Source: the human T2T-CHM13v2.0 reference genome, Homo sapiens
Assembly: GCF_009914755.1 (NCBI RefSeq)
Contig: NC_060936.1
Length of the DNA stretch: 64,000 bases
Strand: one strand, 5' to 3'
In this document: piece by piece, positions 53,770-64,000 of the stretch
How the letters are laid out: every line of letters starts with the position of its first letter
Numbering within the stretch: position 1 is the first letter of the stretch
Position numbers and translations under genes: made by a program
Notes under the pieces: model-generated
The model's database searches: none
Seen by the model: only the letters and a program-made list of their open reading frames with translations
What the model was told of the DNA's origin: nothing

Positions 53770-54831
53770 CCAGGCAAAGATGTTCCAAACAAAGCAAAAG
53801 ATAAATTTCTAGAAACCAGCTTTAATGAACTGGAGTTATTAACTCACAGAGAATTCAACATAAAAATGCTGTCATAAAAAATGCTCACTGAGGTCAAGAA
53901 AACAATGCATGGAAAAAGTAAGAATTTTAACAAAGAGATAGAAAATACAAAAAATACCAAACAGAAGTTATGGAGCTAAAAAGGACAAAAATTGAACTGA
54001 AAAAATGCACTAGACGGATTCAACAGCAGACTACATCAAACAGATAAAAGGATCAGTAAATCTGAAGACAGATTATTGAAAATAATTTGGTCAGAGGAGC
54101 AAAAAGAAAAAGGAATAAAAAAGAGTGAATAAAATGTAAGGAACTTATGGGACACTATCAAGCAGTTTAATATATACATTATGTGGTCCAAGAAGTAGAG
54201 AGAGAGCAAGAAAGAAAAAGAGAGCTGACTCAAAGAAATAATGACTGACAAATTCCAAAATCTGGGGAAGAAAATGGACTTCCATATCCAAGAGGCCAAA
54301 GAGACACAAAATAAGACAAACATAAAGAAATCCATATTAAGACATGTTATCATCAAATTGTCAAAAAACAAAGAGAGAATTTTGAAAGTAGCACAAGAAA
54401 AGCAACTTGTCACGTACAAGGGAACCTCCATAAGAATATCAGATTTTCATCAGAAACCTTGAAAGCCATAAGAAAGTGAGATTATATATTCCAAGGGCTG
54501 AGAGAAGAAAAAAGAAAAACACTGCAACTGTTAACCAAGAATACTATACCCAGCAAAACTGTTTTTCAATAATAAAGGAGAAATAAACCCGTTCCCAGAC
54601 AACCAAAAGCTAAGGAGGGTCATTATTGCTAAATCTGCCTTACAAGAAGTGCTCAAAGGAGTTCTTACATTTGAAACAAAAGGATGGTAAACAACAACAC
54701 AAGAACATATGAAAGTATAAAACTCACTGGTAAAGGTAAATATATACACAAATACAGAACACTATGTTACTCTAATGGTGGTGGGTAAGTCGCTTTTAAT
54801 TCTAGTATAGAGTTAAAAGACAAAAATAATA

Positions 54832-55750
54832 ATAACAGAAGAGGAAAATTCCTATTTTCTCTCTATTCTACTTTACTGTTCACACAGGACACTTTTGACA
54901 CCAGATGTAGGTTTCCCACACCAAGTAATTCTGACACTAACTGCCTGGAGTTAGCACAGACCCCACAGGCCAAGGGCTCAGTCCCACAAGACTACCCATT
55001 CCCTTCCCACTTCAGATGCAAATCACAAGGGTGTTTCTCCAGGTAACTGAATACTTGTATCTGACTTGACTACAAATCAGAGGTTCCCAGGACCCCCCTC
55101 CTCAGGCTTGATCATTTGCTAAAACAGCTCACAAAACTCAGGAAAATAGTTTATTTACTAGATTACTAGTTTATTACAAAAGATATATTAAATAATACAA
55201 ACGAACATCCAGATGAAGAAATACATAGGGTGAAGTCCAGAAGGATCTCAAGCACAGGAGTTTCTGTTCCCATGGAGTTTTGGAGCGTGCCACCTTGCTG
55301 GCACATAGTGTGCTCTTGTTCACCAACCTGGAAGCTCTCTGAACCCTATCCTTTTGGGTTATCATGGAGGCTTCAATTTGTAGTCATGATTGATTAAATC
55401 ATTGGCCATTGGTGATTAAGTCAATCTCTAGTCCCTCTTCCATTTTCAGAGGTTGGAGTAGAGATGAAAGTTCCTAATCTCTAATCACATTGGTTTATCT
55501 GATAACTAACACTCGTCTAAGGGCTTGCTAAAACCTACCCAATTAACATAAACTCAGTTGTGGTTGAAAGGGCTTGTTATAAATAACAAAAACACCTCTT
55601 TTACCTTTATCACTCTGGAGCTATATCAGAAGCCAAGGAAAAAACCCAAATATTATAACAAAAGATGCTCAGGAAATTGCAAGAGTTTTAAAAGCCATGA
55701 GCCAAGAACTGTTGACAAAGATCAAAGCATGTATCTAATATTGTATCATA
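54832..55750 (-). mobile_element. MER21-family solo LTR nested in the L1 inter-ORF region
   Basis: 'gggctcagtcccacaagactaccc', 'ccagatgaagaaatacatagggtgaagtc', 'ttcaccaacctggaagctctctgaaccc' match the MER21 reverse complement. Confidence 0.85.
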
Positions 55751-57304
55751 ATAACTATAAATAAAAAATGTTAAAGATATACAATATGAATAGAGGTAAA
55801 TTGTGACAACAATAACATAAATTGGAAAGGGAGAAGTTAAAGTATGGAGTTTTTGTAAGTAATTGAACTTAAGTTGTTATCAGCTGAAAATAGACTGCTA
55901 TAACTATGAGACAATTTATGTAAGCCTCATGGTAACCACAGAAAAAAATATCTACAAAAGTTTCTTTCAAAAAAGAAAGGAATCAAAGCATATTACTACA
56001 AAAAATCAACAAACAACAAATGAAAATGGCAAGAGGGAGAAATCAGACAAAAGAACTACAAAACTAACAAAAGACCTAGCAAATGGTTATAGTATTTTTT
56101 TAATCAATAGTTATTTTAAATGTAAATGAATTAATTTCCTCAGTTCAATGTGGTTGAATGAATAAAAAAAAATCTTACTCTATGTAGTCCATAAGAAATT
56201 CATTTTAGCTTTAAGAACACACATAGGCTGAAAACGAAGGAATGAAAAAAGATATTCCATAAAAATAGTAACCAAAGGAGAGCAGAAGTGGCTATACTTA
56301 TCAGACAAAATAGACTTTAATTCAAAAATGCTTACAAGACAATGAAGGCCATTATATAATAATAAAAGGATCAATTCACCAAGAAACTATAACAAATATA
56401 TATGCACTGAACATCAGAGCACTGAAACATATAAAAGCAAACATTGACAAAACTGAAAAGAGAAATAGAAGCAACACAATCATAGTAGGAGACTTCAACA
56501 GTCCAGTTTTGTTAATAGTTAAATAATCCAGACAGAAGATCAAAAGACTTGAATAACACTATAGACCAAGTGGAACAAATATACACAGAATATTCCACCC
56601 AACAAGCATTCTTTCTAAGTGCACACGGATCTTTCTCCAGGATAGATCACATGTTAAGTCCCAAAACAATTCTTAACAAATTTAAGAAGACTGAAATCAT
56701 ACCAAGCATCTTTTCCGACCACAATGGAATGACACGAAACATCAATAGCAAAAGGAACACTAGAAAAACTACAAATATTTGGAAATTAAATAACACACTC
56801 TTGAACAACCATTTGGTCAAAGACAAAAAATAGAATATACCTCGAGATAAACAAAAATGAAAACACAACACACCAAACCCTATACGGCAAAAAAAATTAA
56901 TGTAAGGAAAGTTCATAAAAATAAATATATACAATTTAAAAAGGAAAGATCTCAAATAACTCAATTTTATACCTCAATGAACTAGAAAAAAAAGCACAAA
57001 CTAAGCCTAAATTTAGCAGAAGAAAGGAAATAATGAAGATTAAACAAAAAATAAGGAAAATAGTGAATTAAAAAATGAAACTAAAAGTTGGGTTTTTTGA
57101 ACAAATAAATAAAATTGGCAAACACTTAGCTAGACTAGGAAAAACAGAAAGAAGACTCAAATAAATAAAATCAGATGAAAGAAGGTACATTACAACTGAT
57201 GCCATAGAAATAAAAAGGATCATAAGAGACTGCTACAAACAATTATACACCAACCAATTGGAAAACCTGGAAGAAATGGATAAATTCTTAGAAACATAAA
57301 TCCT

Positions 57305-57626
<322 letters not shown>

Positions 57627-58386
57627 CTACAAACTTTACATCATGAAGAAATAGAAAGTATGAACAGATCTGTAATTAGCACAAAGACTGAATCAGTAAT
57701 CAAAAATCTCCCAACAAAGAGAGTCCATAACCAGACAACTTCACTGCTGAATTCTACCAAACACTCAAAAAATTGAAAGAGAAGACTTCCAAACTTACTT
57801 TATGAAGCCAACCTTATCCTGATACCAAAGCCAGACAAAAACACCACAAGCACAAAAAAATTTAAAGCCAATATCCATAATTAAAATTGATACAAAAATC
57901 CTCAACAAAATACTTGCAAAGTGAATCCAACAGCACATTAAGATGATCATACATCATAACTAAGTGGGGTTTATCCTTGGGGTTCAAGGTTGGGTCAACA
58001 TATGAAAATCAATTAATGTGACACCCAATAGTAACAAAAAAAATTTTAAATCACACAATTGTCAAAATAAATGCAGAAAAAGCATTTGACAAAATTATTC
58101 AAACTCCTTTCATAATAAAAACTCTCAATAAGCTAGGAATAAAAGGAAATTACCCAAACATAATAAAGTTCATATATGAAAAGCCCACAGCAAACATCTT
58201 ACTTGATGTTAAAAAACAATCTTCTTAATCTAAGACCAGGAACAAGGCAAGAATGTCCACTCTCATCACTTCTATTCACCATAGTACTGAAAATTATAAC
58301 CAGAGCTATTAGGCAAGAAAAAGAGAAGGCATCCAAACCAGAATGTGAGAAGTAAAATTTTTCCCGTTTGCAGATAGCATAATTTT

Positions 58387-58737
58387 TGTCTTAGTCTCTT
58401 TGAGCTGCTATAACAAAACACCAGAAGCTGAGTAGTTTATAGGGAGCAGAAATTTGTTTCTCACAGTCCTGAAGACTGGAAAGTGTAAGATCAACGTGCC
58501 AGCAAAGTCAGTGTCTAGTGAAGTCCTGCCTTCTCATGTATGGCAGCTTCTCTGTCCTTACATGATGGAAGGGCAAACAAGCTTCCTCAGGCCTTTTAAA
58601 AGAGCACTAATCCCATTCTTAAAGGCTTCATCTTTATGATCTTATCCCCTCACAAAGGCCCTACCTCTTAATACCATCACCTCAGAAGTTAAGATTTCAA
58701 TATATGAATTTTGGGAGAACACATTCAGACCATAGCC
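58387..58737 (-). mobile_element. MLT1A-type MaLR solo LTR nested in L1 RT
   Basis: 'tgtcttagtc..gctgctataacaaaacacc' to 'atgaattttgggagaacacattcagaccatagc'; 5-bp TSD atttt / atctt. Confidence 0.88.
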
Positions 58738-59827
58738 ATCTTATAAATAGAAAACCTTAAAGACTATAATTAAAAACTATTAAAACTAATAAATGAATTC
58801 CGGAAAGTTATAGGATACAAATTCAACATACAAAAAACAGTTGTGTAATTATACACCTACAACAAATGATCTGAAAAGAAAATTGGGAAAACAATCTCAT
58901 TTACAGTGGCACCTAAAATAATAAAATACTAGGAATAAACTTAAACAAGGGGTGAAAGACTCATATACCAAAAACTTCAAAACTTTGATGAAGAAAAGGA
59001 ACTTAACACAAATAGAAAGACATCTTGTGTTAATAGACTGAAAGATTTAATATTGTTGAAATGTCCATACTACCCATAATGATTTATAGATTCAACAGAA
59101 TCCTTATCAAAATTCCAGTGGCATTTTTTACAGAAATAGAAAAAAAAAGACACTAAAATTCTTATGAAACCACCAAAGACCATGAATAGCCAACTCAATC
59201 TTTAGAAAGAAGAACAAACAAACCTAAAAGTACCACACTTCCTTATTTCAAAATGTACCACAAAGATACAGTAATTAAAACAGTATTTTTAAAAACAGAC
59301 TTATAAACCAATGAAATGAATGGAGATCCCAGGAATCATTCCATGCATTGATGGTCAACTGATCTTCAATAGGATGCAAGAAATACACAATGGGGGAAAT
59401 AATAATCTCTTTAATAAATGATGATGGAAAAACTGGACATCCACATGCAAGAGAATGAAATTAATTGGAGCTTTATCTTATACCATACACAAAAATAAAT
59501 TCAAAATGGACTGAAGACTTAAATGTAAGACCTGAAACTGTAAAATTCTTAGAGGAAAACATAGAGAAAAAGCTTCATGGCATTGACATTGGGAATCATT
59601 TTATAGATATAAAAGAACAGTCAATAAAAAACATAAACAAGGAGAATTACATCAAACTAAAAAGCTTCTGCACAGAAAAGGTAACAATCAACAGAGTGAA
59701 AAGGTAATATGACACAGGATAAATATTTGAAAACTTTATATATAAGGAGGTTAATATCCAAAAAATATAAGGAAATTTTACAACTCAAGAGTAAATAACC
59801 TAATAACCTGATTTTAAAAAATGAACA

Positions 59828-60152
59828 GGCTGAGCATGGTGGCTCACACTTGTAATCCCAGCACTTTGGGAAGCTGAGGTGGGCAGATCACCTGAGGTCA
59901 GGAGTTTGAGACCAACCTGACCAACATGGGAAAACCCCATCTCTACTAAAAATACAAAAATTAGCCAGGCATGGTGGCCCGTGCCTGTAATCCCAGCTAC
60001 TTGGGAGGCTGAGGTAGGAGAATCGCTTGAACTGAGGAGGCAGAGGTTGCAGTGAGCCGAGTCACGCCACTGCACTCCAGCCTGGGCAACAGAGAGAAAC
60101 TCCGATTCAAAAAATATATAAATAAGTAATAAATAAATGAATAAATAGATGG
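59828..60152 (+). mobile_element. AluS (Sx/Sp-like) nested in L1 ORF2
   Basis: Alu dimer 'gatcacctgaggtcaggag', (TAAA)n-like tail, TSD aatgaaca. Confidence 0.94.
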
Positions 60153-61019
60153 AATGAACAAAGAACTTAGATGTTTCTCCAAAGGAGACACACAAATGGC
60201 AAACAGGTATATGAAAAGATGTTCAATATCAGGGAAATGCAAATCAAAACCACAATGAGATATCAGCTCATACCTGTTAAGATGGTTATTACCAGAACAA
60301 AACAAAACAAAATAAGAGACATCAAGTGTTTGTAACAACGTGGAGAAATTGGAACCCTTGCACATTGTTGATGGGTATGCAAAATGGTACAGCTGCTACG
60401 GAAGACAGTATGGACATTCCTCAAAAAGTTAAAAATGGAACCACCATATAGTCCAGCAATCCCACTTCTGGGCATTTATCCAAAAGAACTGAAATCAGGA
60501 TCCTGAAGAGGTATGAGCACTCCTTTGTTCATTACTGTACTAGTCATAATAACCAAAATGTGGAAACAACTTTAATGCCCATCCACAGATGAATGGACAC
60601 AGAGACTGTGGTATATACACATAATGGAATACTGTTCGGCCTTAAAATAAAGGAAATTCTGCAATATGCAACCGCATGACTAAACCTTGAGGACATTATT
60701 CCAAGTAAAATAAGCCAGACACAGAAAGACAAATACTGCACGATTTCACTTATGTGTGGTATTTAAAATAGTCAAATTCATAAAAATCAAAAAGTACAAT
60801 GGTGATTAGCAGGAGGTAGAAGAAGAGCAAGTGGGGTCTTACTAATAAATGGGCATACAGTTTCAGTTAAGCAAGATGAATAATCTCTAGAGTTCTTCTG
60901 TGTAACATTGTACCTATAGTCAAAAATCACATATTGTACACTTAAAACTTTATTAAAAGAGTAGATCTTATGTTAAATGTTCTTACCACAAAAAATTAAA
61001 AATTTTTGAAAGAACACTA

Positions 61020-61226
61020 ACAGCTTGCTATACCTAGTTACTTAACCTAGCATGAATCATAATGTTTTTTGATAACTGTTTAATGTTCTGATTCTGCTGA
61101 CATACTGCAGAAACCACACGAGAACAGGGATTATATCTGGCTTTGTTGAAAACTGTATCCTCAGCTACTAGCACTGAGCTTAACAAAACATAAGTGCTCT
61201 ATAGACTGTAGCTGAATGAATGAGTA
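61020..61226 (+). mobile_element. L2 3' end (continuation after L1MB)
   Basis: 'gagaacagggattatatctggctttgtt..ctgtatcctcagc..ctagcac..gctgaatgaatgag'. Confidence 0.7.
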
Positions 61227-62419
61227 AGGCAAACAAACAAAAAAGAGGGCACAACCAGTTGGGGAGGAGGAGTTTTTGATGTCAATACAATAGACCAAGA
61301 GTGATTTCTTTATTAGCTAAAAACTCAAGCAAATAAGCAAAACATCCAGTACACAAATAAGCAAAGGACAAGAAAAGTATTTCACAAAAGTGGAAATAGG
61401 GCTCACTAAAAAATATATGGACAACTATTTAGCCCCACTTTAGTCAAATACCCTCTTCATGTAAAATGATTTTCAGATTTAATTTTGTTTTCTACTACAA
61501 GGCAATACTAGCAGCTTAACAAGGGTGTGGGGAAAGGATAAAAAAAGTCACAATTTCTGTGGGTAGTGCAAATTGATCCAAATATTTTTAAACATATTAG
61601 TTAATATGTAATCTTAATAGTTTAATCAACACAACTGGTAAATTTCAATTTTTTAGAAAATATTCAATAGAATATACTATGTAAAATATGATGTATCCTC
61701 TGGTTATATCATATAATTTTTATGAGGATGATTAAGAAGCAATAGAAAAATATGCTTATCATATGTGAAAAAATAAGAAATATAAAATTTTAAAGACTGT
61801 ATCATTAAGTACATAAAAAGCTATAAATAGGTAGTTTTGAAGTCTTTGGGGAAAAACATTTTTAAAAACTATGAAGAGGGAAAAGAGCCGAAAACATTTT
61901 TAACTAACAGTCAAAACTACTTAGTTAATTCAATGAAAACAGAACTTGTGCCTGAATTATCTTTAAATTTCCACTTTGCTTTTTATGTGAGCTGGTCTAA
62001 TCATTATACCTCTCTTATAAAGAAATAAAAATACTTTCCATTGCCTTTACTTTTGCTATTTTGATAGGTGTTTTGGGAGGAATTAGAAAAAGGAATAGTC
62101 ACAATGACTCAAAACCATGCCATGTATGTGTGTTTCCTTTGTTTGCATGTTATCCTTATTATTCTTAAGAGGATACTAACTCAAATTCTTTTGGAATAGC
62201 CAGGATCATAAAAACATCAAGTGTGTTTCTTACAAACCATTTCTATAATTCATAAAGAAAGAATTTAATAGTTGGAAATGTGTGTGTTGTTAATATAGTA
62301 TAAAACAGGTTATTGCTTATCCCCAAGTAAATGCATACTACAGATTGATAGGAAACTTAGCTACCAAATTACAAAACTGTAGAAAAATCTCAAAATGCAA
62401 TTTCAAAGGAACCAATTGT

Positions 62420-62862
62420 GTAAAAGCAGACATCAAGATGGAATTCATCATGCAAGGGATTTAATGGGGGAAACACCAGCAAGAGAAAATAAATGAAGAA
62501 GTAACCAGAAGAAGCTTGGAGAGCTGTTAGACCATGCAGGTCTAACTCCAGTGAAGGAAGGAGAGAAGGATGAAAGCTTAAGTAGGAAACCTCTTAGACT
62601 GCAATGCAATCCTAAGGAAGTTCAGCAAAGTTGCTGAGGAGTCCTTGAGCCAAAGTCTCCCACCGGAGGAATCCTTTGCCTCCCAAGAATGGCCTTGCCT
62701 TAGTATTTCTACCATGTTCAGTCACAGACTTGCAGTAGCCCCTTGTAAGTCTGGCCTCTCTACAAATATAGTGTTGGATTCGGAGTGCAGCAGGTGGGAC
62801 CGTCAGTTAATTATGCCTTCTGAAACAGTTTGCCGTAAGAGGCTCTTTTCCATGGCTGCCAC
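62420..62862 (-). mobile_element. LTR16-family ERVL solo LTR
   Basis: 'aagcagacatcaagatggaattc..tgcaagggatttaatgggggaaacacc', 'gagtccttgagccaaagtc', ends 'ccatggctgccaca'. Confidence 0.75.
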
Positions 62863-63029
62863 AGGCATTAATATTTAACTACATTCAGAACTGAGCATCT
62901 TATTTTACAATAGAGAAATTATTTCAATGTTTTCTCAAAGTAGTCACTGTTTTTGGTGGAATTTGATTTCTTAAAACTTTAAGAGGCATCTGTCACTTCT
63001 CAGCAATGTAGAACAGTATGCGAGATAAA

Positions 63030-63170
63030 CATCTCATGACAACATCCCAGGTGATAACTAGAAAAGTTGTATTTCCATTGTTTTGATGGTGAAACTGAGG
63101 CATAGATAAGCTAAAGGAATTACCAAAGTTAACAATAAGTAAATGATACCAGAACCCAAATCACTGCTGT
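63030..63170 (-). mobile_element. MIR fragment
   Basis: 'gatggtgaaactgaggcatagataagctaaaggaattaccaaagttaaca'. Confidence 0.7.
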
Positions 63171-64000
63171 TTCAGTATAAGAAAGCTCCTTCTCTTTTAT
63201 ATTCATATAAATACAAATATAAGAGAAATTTCAGGGTGTTAGCATAGATACCATGCAAACACCCAGAACCAAATGGTGATCTAGATCACTGTTATACATT
63301 ACAAGAGAGGAGACTACACAGTTAAATGCATTTATTTCAGAACGAGGTTAAAAGACCCAGCTGTCTAGTCATAAACTTCCCTGTGAGACACTTAAATTTT
63401 CATTAATTATTTCATTTTCTGCCCCAGAAAATTAAAGAAAAATATTAAGGTTTTCCTAAATAAGTCTTGAGAATATATGCTCAATTCTGGGCTTCAACCA
63501 AGGTATAGAAACCTAATGTTCTTCTGGCCAGTAGCTACAAAGAGGTTAATTGATGCCTTTAAAAGAACTCCTAGCTTCAAATATTCTGACTCACATGGAA
63601 AACAATTTCCTCTATTTAATTCTATACATGGAATGGTGTGTTTTTGAATAATTTACACCTTAAAAATGAATATTTTCTCTGGCCAACTGTCATGAGAATG
63701 GTTCCTTGTACTTTATTAAGTCAAATGTTGAAGCAAGCAAATTGATGACCTTTGAAAGCTGAATTAAGTTATTAATGCAAAATTATTACAACTTTCTTCA
63801 TGATGATCTATTGGTCTAAAATAACTTGTTTCTGCTCAAGAAATGGTTGACAGTTGAACGATGCTTATATACTTTTAAATACATCCTGCATAAAACATGA
63901 AGAAAGAACTTTATTTTCCAAAGAGTGAGCACATGTCTGTCCAACATAAGTCTCCTCAGAGCCAACTCTAACCTTATCATCTCCTCTAGTGGCTGCTCTT

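Noticed and set aside
53656-53877. Poly-glutamate ORF
   Set aside because: It is a translation of a GAG/GAA microsatellite inside a decayed L1.

Overview
This is AT-rich, repeat-dense primate genomic DNA, almost certainly human because it carries an AluYb8-type insertion. I cannot support any intact protein-coding gene, RNA gene or CRISPR array. Most of the window is degraded transposable elements, including three large nested structures: (i) a MER44 DNA transposon split by an internally deleted L1PB that itself holds a two-LTR MER57-type provirus (6157-14826); (ii) an L1MA with both ends and a 14-bp TSD but large internal deletions (28155-33579); (iii) a near full-length L1MB inside an L2, carrying MER21, MLT1A and two Alus (52843-61002). 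The least expected structure is an ancient minus-strand class I-like provirus (40611-44786) with gag, pro, pol and env remnants between two very short (~160-180 bp) diverged LTRs. Unique sequence at ~20.5 kb and ~22.1-22.55 kb has dense E-box clusters and a possible exon. Repeat family names come from my recall of consensus sequences, so subfamily calls and old-element boundaries are approximate. I found no evidence for a new biological system.
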